The notes: generated by a model not told the origin, from the letters alone. A DNA stretch of 63,175 bases, filler included, from Octopus bimaculoides (GCF_001194135.2; 6 parts of 6 records of this genome joined end to end with filler, not necessarily neighbours in it), one strand, 5' to 3'; shown: positions 11,719-25,050, counted from the whole stretch's first letter. Translations and numbers: made by a program.

Positions 11719-12422
11719 CAATAACAATAATAGTCCTTTCTACTAAAGACGCAAGGCCTGAAATTTTTTGTTTGGGGAGGAGTTAAGTCGATTATATCGA
11801 CCCAAGTACGCGACTNNNNNNNNNNNNNNNNNNNNNNNNNNNNNNNNNNNNNNNNNNNNNNNNNNNNNNNNNNNNNNNNNNNNNNNNNNNNNNNNNNNNN
11901 NNNNNNNNNNNNNNNNNNNNNNNNNNNNNNNNNNNNNNNNNNNNNNNNNNNNNNNNNNNNNNNNNNNNNNNNNNNNNNNNNNNNNNNNNNNNNNNNNNNN
12001 NNNNNNNNNNNNNNNNNNNNNNNNNNNNNNNNNNNNNNNNNNNNNNNNNNNNNNNNNNNNNNNNNNNNNNNNNNNNNNNNNNNNNNNNNNNNNNNNNNNN
12101 NNNNNNNNNNNNNNNNNNNNNNNNNNNNNNNNNNNNNNNNNNNNNNNNNNNNNNNNNNNNNNNNNNNNNNNNNNNNNNNNNNNNNNNNNNNNNNNNNNNN
12201 NNNNNNNNNNNNNNNNNNNNNNNNNNNNNNNNNNNNNNNNNNNNNNNNNNNNNNNNNNNNNNNNNNNNNNNNNNNNNNNNNNNNNNNNNNNNNNNNNNNN
12301 NNNNNNNNNNNNNNNNNNNNNNNNNNNNNNNNNNNNNNNNNNNNNNNNNNNNNNNNNNNNNNNNNNNNNNNNNNNNNNNNNNNNNNNNNNNNNNNNNNNN
12401 NNNNNNNNNNNNNNNNNNNNNN

Positions 12423-12460
12423 TTTGCCGTACGGAATTGCGTGTCGTTCTCCCGCTGGCG

Positions 12461-12503
<43 letters not shown>

Positions 12504-12665
12504 CGGCTCGATTGGTCTTTCGCCCCTACACCCGGTTCCGACGATCGATTTGCACGTCAGAGGCGCTTCGGACTTTCACCAGAGTTTCCTCTGGCTTCGT
12601 CCCGATCGGGCGTGGATCGCCATCTTTCGGGTCCCCGGCCGCCTGCTACACCTGAGTGCAGCTCC
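12423..12665 (-). rRNA. Isolated 28S (LSU) rRNA fragment, domain II region; probably a pseudogenic or dispersed copy inside intron 1
   Basis: Reverse complement contains universally conserved eukaryotic LSU strings GGGACCCGAAAGATGG, GAAGCCAGAGGAAACTCTGGTG, CTGACGTGCAAATCG and TAGTAGCTGGTTCCCTCCGAAGTTTCCCTCAGGATAGCTGG. Truncated by the N-gap on the left; similarity is lost beyond ~12665. Confidence 0.93.
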
Positions 12666-14114
12666 CTAGCCACTAGGCCACGCGAATTCACTTGAAAATT
12701 TACTGAAATGAGTAAAGCAACACTCTTCTCGGCCAATGCTTCACAGGATTCCACAGAAAGAAATGAAGCCAGAGTGAAAGTCAGCAATGGCCCAAAAGCT
12801 CTGGACTAAAATCAGAAATAAAAGTTTGATTTTAGTTGCACGGGGTTAATTATTTGCTAGAAATAATTACAAAAGTAAAATAATGCATGATACTAATACC
12901 GAATATAGATTAATTAGCCAGATTAATCAACAAGGAGATAATTAATTAGACCAATTCCTTTCCTCAATCCTTGCCAGTCCGACTGTCCCGCGGCCCACGT
13001 TGCTAAAGGATGGCTCAGGCTTGCCTCTCCACGTTCAGAGAGGGAAGGCAATGAACACGGACCAGTCTCTCTATTTGTCCCTCACACAATTTCGTAGTCC
13101 TTTTGACCAATGCCGATCACCTTTAATTCCGTTGTTTCAGACACCCTTACGGTGACGTCACTACGTATGTGAACACATCTCTCTGGGTCCTGGTTTGACC
13201 TGAGTGTTTCTGCTGCCGTAGTGAGCTTCAGATCCGTTATATGCAGAAGAAATGAGAGAGGATACTCCTGAACTGAACACCTGCGTGACTGGAATTGCTC
13301 ATTCCTCAATGAAATCCATACAAAAATATATATATTTACAAATGAAATAAAAATAAGGGGATATAAAGGGTACAAATATAACAAAAATTGTAACCGGGGT
13401 TACCCGAGACAAAAGTTTCTTACTAAATCGCAAAGAATACGTTGGAAAGACAAGTTTGATACTGTAGTTCTAAATGCCTGAAATGAAGAAAAAATACGCT
13501 ATAGTCACAATCAGAACACTTGAATACAAGTTAGCTTTTTCGCTCAGATTTCCAGATATAGATGTCGATATTTTCGTTTCTACTCATCTCAGGGGCACAA
13601 CGTCTTACTTAAACAAGACATTCTTTTGTTGAAGTTTCTTGGCAAGAGTTTTGTTCTAGAAATGTAATGTTAATGATCAAATCATAAATGTGTAACGGAT
13701 AATTTTAATATATGATAGTGCATACCGTTGGAAAAGAAATACAAATATAACAATGCATGTGCATTTTGAAACGACAAAATGACTCTACCAAAAAACAAAG
13801 ACGCAAAGTACAATTAACTCACTATGCTCTATTCACTCTAATACATCAGGTAGGTTTTAGATGAAGTTATCTAAGTTAGAGAAGGAGAAATAGATGGTTT
13901 TTGAAGAAATAGAAAAGACAGAGAAATGAAACGCCAATTCTACGAGTTATCGGTTATAGCGTTCTTCATGGCGAGAGAAATGTTGCTGATTAATAGAATG
14001 AACTTCCTTTGAATACCATATGGGGTGTTTTGACATGTGGCACCGTCGTCCAACATTAATAATAATCGTCCATATCGAATTGAGGTTAATGAAAAGTCTA
14101 AAAAAATTGCTTAC

Positions 14115-14237
14115 CTCACAAATAATATTTTGTTTGCCGACAGGCACTGCAATAGTTTCTTTGACAGAAAATACTATCACGAAAAATACCAAAAATGGAA
14201 ACAAGAAAATTCTGATATTTAACATTGGTTTTAACAT
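14115..14237 (-). CDS. Coding exon 1 (signal peptide) of a secreted AA15 LPMO-like / Cys-rich-module protein
   Basis: Encodes MLKPMLNIRIFLFPFLVFFVIVFSVKETIA/VPVGKQNIICE: basic N-terminus, hydrophobic core and a T-I-A cleavage-type site. Ends at a strong donor GAG|GTAAGC (phase 0), matching exon 2. A polypyrimidine-AG acceptor at 14257-14258 suggests an upstream non-coding exon. Linkage to exon 2 is inferred from phase and position. Confidence 0.72.
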
Positions 14238-14663
14238 AATGGCGCCTGTTTCTCTCCTTAAAAGTGAAAGAAAAATTGAATTAATTTCTTAAAATATTTT
14301 GATATTTAAGAAAAAAATAGTTATATAGTTCAATCGTGGTTGAGTTAAATTCAAATTCAAATTTTTCCAAACAATGTCATTAAGTTCTTTGAGATGTTCA
14401 GGTTTGGCACTACTGGAATTAATACTTATATATATACATATATATATTTCTGTTCAACGAAGAATTTCTGTTTTTCTTTTTCTTTTTCTGTGTCTTTGTT
14501 CTATGTTAAAGGAATTGTGCACAAACTCTGGGAAGCGAAAACCTCCTCACGTTCAAAGAAACATTTTGAAAATTTTCAAAGAATAATATCATATATATAT
14601 ATATATATATATTACATATATATATATACAATTATATATATATGTGTTTATGATTATATGTAT

Positions 14664-14736
<73 letters not shown>

Positions 14737-14949
14737 NNNNNNNNNNNNNNNNNNNNNNNNNNNNNNNNNNNNNNNNNNNNNNNNNNNNNNNNNNNNNNNN
14801 NNNNNNNNNNNNNNNNNNNNNNNNNNNNNNNNNNNNNNNNNNNNNNNNNNNNNNNNNNNNNNNNNNNNNNNNNNNNNNNNNNNNNNNNNNNNNNNNNNNN
14901 NNNNNNNNNNNNNNNNNNNNNNNNNNNNNNNNNNNNNNNNNTATATATA

Positions 14950-14985
<36 letters not shown>

Positions 14986-15570
14986 TGTATGTGTACACCT
15001 ACACACAGGAGCACACAAGACTTTGTTTTGAAGACCGAATTTTTTGAGCATAACGACCTGTAAAACCCACACATAGGAGGCGTTTTCCCCAGTTACGGGT
15101 CGATATGCATGTATACATATATAAACAAATATAAATATATGAATGTGGGTGTGTCTGCAGTAATTGTCAAAATTATGTCAGGAATTTACTTTGGACTCGG
15201 AAATTTCAATAGACTGACTCCCGTTTTAACGAATTTCTTCCATCCTCATCCCTCACCTCTTTCTCTATCACTCGACTTCCTCATTGTCATACTCATCCTA
15301 CCGTCATGTCGGGTCTTGCTTTACTTGGCGCCTCGTTTTTACTTCAAAGCTGGATATACAACATACACAACAAATATGCACACATACACGCGCGTACGTG
15401 CGTACGTGCGCGTACGTGCGCATGCGCATGTGCCTCCGGTGCAAGGTGGTACCGACCACCTTAAAACAGCGGGTGTTTAGGTGCAGTTATAATCCGTGCA
15501 TCGAGGGGCTAGCAGCCCACCTCGTAGGTGGATGGATTCACATTAAAGTGGTTCAGAGTCAAACTGTAAT

Positions 15571-15621
<51 letters not shown>

Positions 15622-15641
15622 GTCTAATTTCTATGTATCTA

Positions 15642-15692
<51 letters not shown>

Positions 15693-16129
15693 TTCTATCT
15701 ATCTATCCATCTATCCATCTATCTGTCTGTCTGTCTGTCGGTCAGTCGGTCAGTCTGTCTGTCGGTCTGTCTGTTCCTCTGTCTGTCAGTCAGTCTGTCT
15801 GTCTGCCTGCCTGTCTGTCTGCCTGTCTGTCTCTGTCTCCCTTTCCTAAAGGCACTCGACGTTATGCCCAGTTCTCAAAGGTCGCCATTTTGGTATTTAC
15901 CAACCACCACCTTATTACTCTAACGTCCAGCATCTACAGCCGTTATCTAATTTCATATCCCTTCCCGATGACCCCCAGTACATTTTGAGCCAAATCCAGC
16001 GAAGCGTTGCCCTCATACGTTACTAGCCAAAAAAGAACCTCTGTGAAGGCCATGTCGTTACTACCCTCGACAGAAACAAAGCTTTCCAATGTATTGTACG
16101 AGAAGTTCCTTTTTTTTCCCTTTTACTTA

Positions 16130-16345
16130 ACTTCAGTCGAAAGGTTTCATTCAGATGACCGACGAGAAATTTCTGGGAGGCGCCTTCAAGGGACCTTCTC
16201 CGACCCTTGTTCTATCAGCTTGTGTACCCAAAGTTTCGGCAATATCTTTCACACTCTTTCTCCTATGCATAGATGTCTTAACTGCTGTAGCTTTTAAAAG
16301 TACACACTGCTTCAGAAATTATACCTCTTTCCATTTCTCTATACC
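16130..16345 (+). mobile_element. Decayed L2/CR1-type RT fragment
   Basis: VPKVSAISFTLFLLCIDVLTAVAFKSTHCF resembles VPQGSVLSPTLFLLxINDLL..TSNxIHSF. A similar piece lies at ~18825-18920. Possible endonuclease remnants of the same LINE at ~15170-15920. Confidence 0.5.
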
Positions 16346-16557
16346 CTCGTGAATGTAATAATTATTCACACACAATCCACACATCTAGCGCCAGACAAGC
16401 ATATCTTTCATGAACAGAAACGCTGTAACCGTTCCTTAAAACGGACAGGACAATAAAGTCTCCTTTAACAGTACAAAGACACAATTACTTCAAATATTAA
16501 AGAGACGACCTTTCACTCCAGGCCCAATCCCGCTTGAACAAAATACGGAATTCTATA

Positions 16558-16790
16558 GGGCGGCGAGCTGGCAGAACAGTTAGCACGCCGGGCGAAATGC
16601 GTAACGGTATTTCGTCTGCTGTTACGTTCTGAGTTCAAATTCCGCTGAGGTCGACTTTGCCTTTAATCCTTTCGGGGTCGATTAAATAAGTACCAGTTAT
16701 GCACTGGGGTTGATGTAATCGACTTAATCCCTTTGTCTATCTTTGTTTGTCTCTTCTATGTTTAGCCCCCCTGTGGGCAATAAAGAAATA
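16558..16790 (+). mobile_element. tRNA-derived SINE family B, full copy
   Basis: ggcggcgagctggcagaa..gttagcacgccgggcgaaatgc...gagttcaaattccgc.gaggtcgactttgcc...ggggtcgat; repeated many times in the window. Confidence 0.85.
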
Positions 16791-16889
16791 AATATACTGA
16801 ATTCTGTTAAATCTGAAATATAAATTTTTTTTCTTTTCCTTCAGCGACAGAAAATACTTCAAAACTAATAAAATTCTGACTGACTAAAC

Positions 16890-17118
16890 GATTGGTTCTC
16901 CACCGAGGTTCTTTTGATGTTAAAGTTTATCTCCAATAAACTGGCTCTGCTCCCACAATACACAAAATGTTTTAGCAATTTTTTTGTACAAATCCTTATA
17001 AAATTTAATTATAAAAATATAATAGGACTTTTAAACATCGAACGGCTTTGAAAGTCCAGTTGAGTAAACATAGGAATCAAAGGGGTCCATGGATTAGAAA
17101 AAGGGTTGAGAAACACTG
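16890..17118. mobile_element. Old hAT (Charlie-like) MITE
   Basis: Ends GATTGGTTCTCCACC and GGTTGAGAAACACTG resemble the CAGTGGTTCTCAACC TIR; internal GGGGTCCAT. TSD not clear. Confidence 0.45.
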
Positions 17119-17326
17119 GCTTGGACAGTTCAAGTTAGATCCCTATTAGAATGCTGCTTACATACTAAGGATATTGTAGCTATATTTACACTCATGTATA
17201 CATCTCAGAACGCTAATCAGTCATTTGGCTGATTGGTAAAAACTCAAACACATCGTAACCCCTATCTCGCAGAAGTTGTAACCCTTGGCCCACAGAAGTC
17301 AAAACCGTAACCCCGTGGAAATATTG

Positions 17327-17372
<46 letters not shown>

Positions 17373-17759
17373 TCTCTCCTTCTCTGTATATTTATCTATC
17401 CTTCTCTGTAGTCTCTGTGTCTTCCACTGTTGCAATATCAGTGCCAACTTCTTTCGGGGGGGGGGGCGATAAATTAAGTACCAGTTGCGTACTGGAGTCG
17501 ATCTAATCGACTGCCCCGCCTCCCCACAAAGATTTCGGGCCTTGTGCCTAAAGTAGAAAAGAATATCAGTGCCAGCTTATGTAACGGTGATTTTATGGAT
17601 AACAAACAAACAAGGGAATTGGATTCCTGTTCGGATAATTATTCTTGGAGAATAAACAGAAATGAAACGAGGTTATGAAAAGACCTCTGACCGAAATTCC
17701 TCTGTGTATTGTACCGTGAATCGTCATGACTGCGATGATAGTAAAATACTTACATAACA

Positions 17760-17977
17760 CAGACATAAACATACATACACATACATACATATATACACTC
17801 ATGAATACATACATATAAAAATGCACACATGTATGCATACATACACGCAAACACTTATATACATACACACATACATGCAAGCATGCATACAAACATACAG
17901 ACGTTCATACACTCATAAGTAGAGGGAAACAAACACATATACATCATCCATACATAAGTATATACATAAATACATAC

Positions 17978-18044
<67 letters not shown>

Positions 18045-18458
18045 AGTAAAAATAAATACAAAAAAAGGGGTTTTGTATGATCGTGTATAGAGGAATATAT
18101 TATTTTATTTAATAGAATTCCAACTCTGTTTTTTATGTTTTATTTATATTCTTGTAAAATTAATGTGGGATATAGAATATGGAATATATAATATATAATA
18201 TAAACATGGATGGTACAATGAAATGAAGTATTGAATGTGTTATTGAATATATGGAATATGTCTTATTGAATATATGAAATATTGAGTGTTCAATATAAAG
18301 GATTAAATATATAAAGGCGACTACGTATTTTCTATACCTTGTGGTATTTCATCATGGCCGGTCTGTCATACCTACATACATACATATATACATACATATA
18401 TACATACATACACGCATACATACATACATACATACATACATACACATATATATATACA

Positions 18459-18536
<78 letters not shown>

Positions 18537-18790
18537 CATACATATATATACATATAATCATACATATATATATATATATACACACATACATACATATATA
18601 TATATATGCATACACACATACGTACACATATATATATATATACAAACATACATACACATACATACATAAAAACATACATATATCTACATATATATACAAC
18701 ACTCACACGTACATATATACATACATACATTCATATATACATACATATATATGTATATATACATACATACATACATACATACATACATAA
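17760..18790. repeat. Degenerate (TA)/(TACA)n tracts
   Basis: Direct inspection. Similar tracts at 8243-8450, 14590-14995 and 43312-43783. Confidence 0.9.
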
Positions 18791-18824
18791 ACCACGACCA
18801 AAATAAACGTTTTTTTGTTTTTTT

Positions 18825-18920
18825 TTTGAAATTCTTCCTTTTGTACAGCAATGACCTACTTGCCGTTACTTCAAATGATGTACACTCCTACAGAAATTAT
18901 ACCTGTTTCCATTCCACATT
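18825..18920 (+). mobile_element. Second decayed L2/CR1-type RT fragment
   Basis: FLLYSNDLLAVTSNDVHSY; nucleotide similarity to 16260-16345 (shared cagaaattatacct.tttccatt). Confidence 0.45.
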
Positions 18921-21721
18921 ATTCTCATGCGCGCAGGAATTATGAACGCGACGAAAAACCAGACGGCGAGAACGATAACAATAGTAGCGATAGAGTTGCC
19001 GCTATTAAATGGACACGCTTAGGAACAAGCATAAACGAGGCAATGAGACACCTTTAAAGCGAAACGCATGTAGGGGCAGGTAAACACACACACACACACA
19101 CACACATACACGCTTCCCTCCCACACACACACACACACACACAAACACAGATACATACACACACACACACAAACACAGATACATACACACACACACATGT
19201 ATATACAGGCTTATGCACGATGTATACATGGACACATGTACATCCGTGTATATGTATATATATATATATNNNNNNNNNNNNNNNNNNNNNNNNNNNNNNN
19301 NNNNNNNNNNNNNNNNNNNNNNNNNNNNNNNNNNNNNNNNNNNNNNNNNNNNNNNNNNNNNNNNNNNNNNNNNNNNNNNNNNNNNNNNNNNNNNNNNATA
19401 TATATTACGTATATATATGATATATATATATGCTATATATATATATATCATACACCCCGTATATATATATATATATATATATATATGTTATGATTTAGAA
19501 CAATCAGTAAAATGTTGTCATTACAGTACTCGGAGTTTCGAATGTTGGCTATTATTCATTTATCTTTTTCAATCTTTTACTTGTTTCAGTCATTTGACTG
19601 CGGCTATGCTGGAGCATCACATCTAGTCGAGCAAATCGACCCCTGGACTTATTCTTTGTAAGCCTTGTACTTATTTTATCGGTCTCTTTTGCCGAACCGC
19701 TAAGTTACGGTGACGTAGACACACCAGCATCTATTATTTAAAATGGTAAAAAGCAACTTCTTAAATCATTGATGCAGGGAGATGCGTGTAATATACAATA
19801 GAACAAACGATTTCATGATTGTTAATATTTTCATCATTTAGATTTCAGATTTACTTCGATAGTGAAGTAGTAAGGCTTCTCTCTCAGTTTATGTTGTGCG
19901 AATAGATATTAAATGGATTTTCAGTGAAGTCTATATAACCTTTTGCTTCTCTGTTATCATAGTTCGATAAATTAATGCTTTAGAAATGTACACACCACTG
20001 TAAGAGCAGAAATCGTGTTTATACTTTCAAAAGTTGCTTCTGTTTATGTCATCATCACCCCGGTATTCACGACTCACTTATCGTCATGTATAATCTCTCC
20101 TCTCCAGGACATCAATAACCACTACGCCTAGTGCTTTCTTTCCAGAATATCTTGTCTCTGAAATTCTCTAACTATACATGTTTTCTTGCAAATGTCGGAT
20201 TGAAACTTAAAATGGAACATTAAATTGCTTCGATGTCATCGGTCTTGGAGGTGTTGTGGAGACAAAAACCATTCAAATAAATTTAGAAAATCATATAACA
20301 TTGATTAATAGCTCTTGTGGTTTATTCTTTAAGAAGGTACACAAAACATACGTAAGCGCAGTCATATTTAACATGTTCGTGTATACTCGGATATGGAAAT
20401 GCATGCGTTGCAGAAATTGACCCGAGAGAAAAATTCTCTTTGTAGATCACGCAAGTTTGCTTGATTTTCTATGTTTAAATGTCAACATAACCTTTTAAAG
20501 CAATTTTTTTTACATTGATTTCAGATCTGTAATTAATTTGTCTCCATCCCGACTAGTTTTTTCTATAATAAAGCTTTTTTTTTTAAAGTATAATAGCATC
20601 AGAGAACCTAATGACTGATAATCTGATTTATTTTGCACAACAAAATAGATAAATAGATTGCTATAAACCAATACTGACTTAATATTAGTAAAGGTAAAAT
20701 AACAGCGAATATAAAGTTTATTAAAAAGTCTTTGGCAACTCTGTCAAACCACGTGACCTTGAAAAACTGGGTACACGATTGCTAACTGATGCTTTAATGT
20801 TGTTTTAGTAGTTCCAGAGATCAGTCGCTGGTGATATTTACTTATAAACTCAATTTAAGTGCATTAAAAATATATATTTAGTCAATAGGTGGGCCTACAT
20901 ACATTATTCATATCTTGTATGTTATTGTTCTAGTTATTTGTCCTTAATTTTTTTCATACTTTATTTAAGAATCTGTCACAGAAGGGAATGAATAACAAGA
21001 AAAATCACAATTTTGGCAGCCATTTGTGCAAAATTCATTTAAAAATGCAGACTTGTGTAATATATGTGCAAGACATGGCAATGGACTATTAATGTAGACA
21101 TCGGACAACAAGACGCGTGAGCTTCTTTGTCTTTGCGCGTCGACTATGGAAATAAAAGTGCTGTTTATTGTCATAACGTACTTAATTTCGCACGCACGAA
21201 TACATATTTTACAACTTACAATTTCTCTGAGTATTGTTTTGACTTCGTTTAATTGATGTTGCTCCGGGTGTTGTCTCGCGGCAACGCCCTTGTTTAATTC
21301 ATTTTGTTGTTCTTGTTTAGCCCCAGGTCAATCTTTACTGAGTAAGCCTATGATCAAAACCAACTCAACAACGACCATACAATTCTTTAAGAGTATCGAC
21401 CAATTACGTCTACGCTCTCCAATTTATTTTACTTTTATATTTAAATGATCTGAGAATATATCATGGCAGACTATTTCAAACCGGTCTCCTTTGATGCAAA
21501 TTTGAATTTAGATGACACTGTCACCAACATATTGTCAAAAGGAAGTCGATCACATCGACCCCGGTGCTCAACTGGTACTTATTTTATCGACCTCGAAAGG
21601 GATGAAAAGTACAGTCAACCTCGGTGCTATTTCAACTCAGAAAGTAAAGACGGATGAAATGCTGTTAAGCGTTTTGTTCGGAATGGTAACGATTCTGCCA
21701 GCTCGTCACCTTCATCACTGT

Positions 21722-21905
21722 AAGAACTGGAGACTGATTGAGCTGAAGAATTGAGAAAAATTCCTTTGGAAACAATTCAAACATTGTACGAGTCCATACC
21801 TCGTAGAATTCAAGCTGTAATAACTACCAAAAACAGTCCTACCCCAGCTTAAAGATGAATTTGTTCGAAATTTTAAGGTGTTTCCATTATTTTGTCGAAC
21901 TCCGT
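21722..21905 (+). mobile_element. Tc1-like transposase 3' remnant
   Basis: KIPLETIQTLYESIPRRIQAVITTKNSPTP*, followed by TIR-like ttccattattttgtcgaactccgtg. Confidence 0.7.
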
Positions 21906-22851
21906 GATCTACGTGATCAAAGCTCAACCGTTATTGAACAACAGTAACAATAACAACAAAGAATAAAACGAAACCCAACAACAATAACAATAATAGAAAA
22001 CAATAAATATTTTGCAGTAGATGTTTGTCTGTGATAGAGAGTTGCTTCGGGTTTATTGAGTGCCCGTTAAGTGAAGCTGTTATGGTTTGTCTTTTGTTAT
22101 TAGATATTGTCTGCATAGTTTTATAGCTCAGTTCAGAATGGAAACTTTCACAGGATCACTCCAGCGAGGACACACCCGATGATAATGAGAATAATTAATA
22201 ACAATTTCTAACTCAGGTACATAGTTGTACAGTTATGGGTGGGTGGATTTGTGAATATTGTCAAATCGGCTTCCAAATAATTGTCTGAGGTTCATTTTAA
22301 AGAAGCCCCCCCCCAAAAAAAAATGTTAGTTTTATGAATGATTCTTAACTCAAATAACCACAAATATGTGCTGGGCAGTGTATGAGTGTGGGTGTGTATG
22401 TATAAATGTGTGTGTGTGTGGTGTGTATGTATAAATGTGTAGGGGAATGTATGTATAAATGTGTGTGTGTGTGGTGTGTGTTTATGTGTATGAGGGCGGA
22501 TTTTCGATTAGGTTAACAATCTTGCTAGGCTGGTGTTATATTTGGTGGCAAGTCCTAGGATGGGAAAGTCAACTTGGTAGGGATTTGAACTCAGAACGTG
22601 AAGAAGACATAAAAGGCCCTTCAGCTACTTTTTTCTCTCTCACTCTCTCTCTTTTTTCTTCTCTCTCTCTCTCTCACTTTCACACACACACACACAAATA
22701 TATTCATACGTACAACTGTTGCATGCTTCCGTTAGCAGAAAAAAAAGGAGAAAAGAAAAAAGAAGAATGTAAAAGAAAAAAATGAAGGATACTTAAATTT
22801 AAGACGATGTACATCTATTTGAAGGGGAGAAATAACATGTCTTGTAAGCAT

Positions 22852-22923
<72 letters not shown>

Positions 22924-23601
22924 TGAGAAAGTTGGTATGTGAAAGCACGTGGCTGGATGTATAAAAGATAAACAAGAGTGAAAAAACTACAGAAGGCTTG
23001 TATTACATGGTTAAAATATATATTTAAATTGTTATGTCAGAAAAATGTTATAAAATTTTGGGTGTAGAAACATTGTATTTGGAGAAATAACCGGTTTCGC
23101 AACTAGTACTTAATTTATCAACCCTGAAAGGATGAAAAGCAAAGTCGACTTCGACGGAATTTGAACTCAGAACATAAAGACAGACGAAATACCGCTAAGC
23201 ATTTCGCACAGCGTGCTAACGATTCTGCCAGCTCACTGCCTTGTGGACGACATAATCATACAATGTCTGAACAGAAAACGGGATGGTCATTCTTAGAACG
23301 CCTTTCCACATACGCCTTCGTGCTCAAGGCTGGACTGGGACTAAACACACAGCAACAACAACTTCAATCCCGTATGACAAGTTCTAAACAATACTCGTGT
23401 TAAACAGTATAATTTTGTTGCAGACGGACGTCTGGGCCAGTGGGCTGCTTCCCGTCCGTTGACCGCCTCTCACAAGGGAACCTCAAGGGCGAGTTTGTTT
23501 TGTTGCTACAAGGCCGTTTGGACAATTGACATGCGGTTGATTAATTCATTTCACCTCAGGAAACGTACACATTTGAAACCATCCTAGTGAGGCACACCTG
23601 A

Positions 23602-23757
23602 TAATAACAATGATGATGATGATGAGGAGGAGGAGGAGGAAGTTGAGGACGATGATGGTGGTGATGATGATGATGATAAGAAGGAGAAGGATGATGATGA
23701 GAATGGTGGTGATGACGATGATAAAGACCACGATTGTGATGATGATTATGACGATGG

Positions 23758-23788
<31 letters not shown>

Positions 23789-23885
23789 AACGATGTTGAC
23801 GACAGCGTAGATGAAGACAACGATGATGACGATGACGATGACGACGACGACAGCAAAGAAGAAGATGACGACGACGATGATGAAG
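23602..23885. repeat. Compound (GAT/GAC/GAG)n trinucleotide tract
   Basis: Direct inspection; source of several spurious homopolymer ORFs. Confidence 0.95.
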
Positions 23886-24626
23886 AATTCTGAGACACAA
23901 GGATACGTATTTGGGGTCGGACGGAATTCAATCAACTCCCAAAATATGATTGATTGTAATTTTATAGACACCCGAATGAAAATCCATTGGTTCTGGGATC
24001 GATTTTTACCATGTCCAGGTTACAAATGTATGTACAGAAGTATACTTGTGTGTGTGTGTGTGTGTGTGTGTTGTCTGGTTGTGTTGCGTTTTATCCTTTC
24101 GGGATCGATAGATTAAGTACCAGTGCAACATTGGGGTCGATCTAATCGACTTGTCCCCTCCTTCAAAATGGCTGCCCTTGTTGTAAAATTTGTAACCATT
24201 ATTAATAATATTTAAGAATCAATATTTTGCGGTCGGTGTGCATCTGCGACAGGTGGTTGTTTCCCGTCTGCTGAACGACACCCACTCGAGGGGAAACCGC
24301 AGCGTGGCGTCGCTTCTCAAAAGAACTTGTTTTGGACAATTGACGTATAATCAACGAGTTCACTTATAAAGAATTGTCATTAGAAACACTAACACCGGCG
24401 TGGATGGTGAAAAACAATATGAAATGTCTGACGTCAGCACAAGGCCACACAGGTTCGACTAGAATTTGAAGTAGCTCCGATCAAATCGACTTCCGATATT
24501 AGATTTGTACTTTATTTTATAGAATCGGCAATACTGTGAAGCACAGTCTACATTCGTGGGATCGAAAAATAGAACGCAAACGGATGTAACAGGTGTCCAT
24601 TCAATTATTATAGAGAGCTATACACA

Positions 24627-24682
<56 letters not shown>

Positions 24683-25005
24683 CATCCCTCTCTGTCTATC
24701 TATCAATCTACACGCACACACACACACGTGCATATATATATATATATTTATATATATATCCGTCAAATGTAAATAATGTAAATAAAGTAATAATTCTTAC
24801 TATTATTGGCACAGGGGGCTAAACATAGAGGGGACAAACAATTCATATCTGCTCTCAGTCTGCTTGGGAGGTTGTTGTGTCCTAGCATATGTGCTGCTTC
24901 TTTTAGTTTTCGTATTTTCCAGTGGTGTTCTCTGTCTATTATTTTAACTTCATCCCACAGGGGGAGGTGGTCTCCATTTTTTCATACATGATCCAGCCAG
25001 TGACT

Positions 25006-25048
<43 letters not shown>

Positions 25049-25050
<2 letters not shown>

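Noticed and set aside
12765-12782. GAAGCCAGAGTGAAAGTC, an inverted match to the nearby 28S fragment minus a 10-nt hairpin segment
   Set aside because: Only 18 nt with a gap, found post hoc, and with no flanking similarity; cannot be distinguished from chance.
12670-13400. Non-repetitive segment beside the 28S fragment (TGACGTCA site; ORF 13082-13384) as an extra exon or LTR
   Set aside because: No recognisable protein motif, convincing splice pair, or TG..CA/TSD boundaries; left unassigned.
13947-14114. Remainder of the 96-aa ORF 13947-14237
   Set aside because: Read-through past the GTAAGC donor into intron 1; only 14115-14237 is treated as coding.
15385-15432. CpG-rich TACGTG x3 and GCGCATGCGC (HRE/NRF1-like motifs) about 1.1 kb upstream of coding exon 1
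   Set aside because: Embedded in a degenerate purine-pyrimidine microsatellite; no independent promoter evidence and the TSS is unknown.
23514-23530. Partial reverse-complement match to miR-219-5p (CGTTTGGACAAT), also at ~24330
   Set aside because: The seed position does not match and no pre-miRNA-length hairpin forms; it is part of the four-copy element.
23546-23971. Poly-His / poly-Ile / poly-Ser / poly-Met ORFs
   Set aside because: Translations of a (GAT)n compound microsatellite in multiple frames; no splice or domain support.
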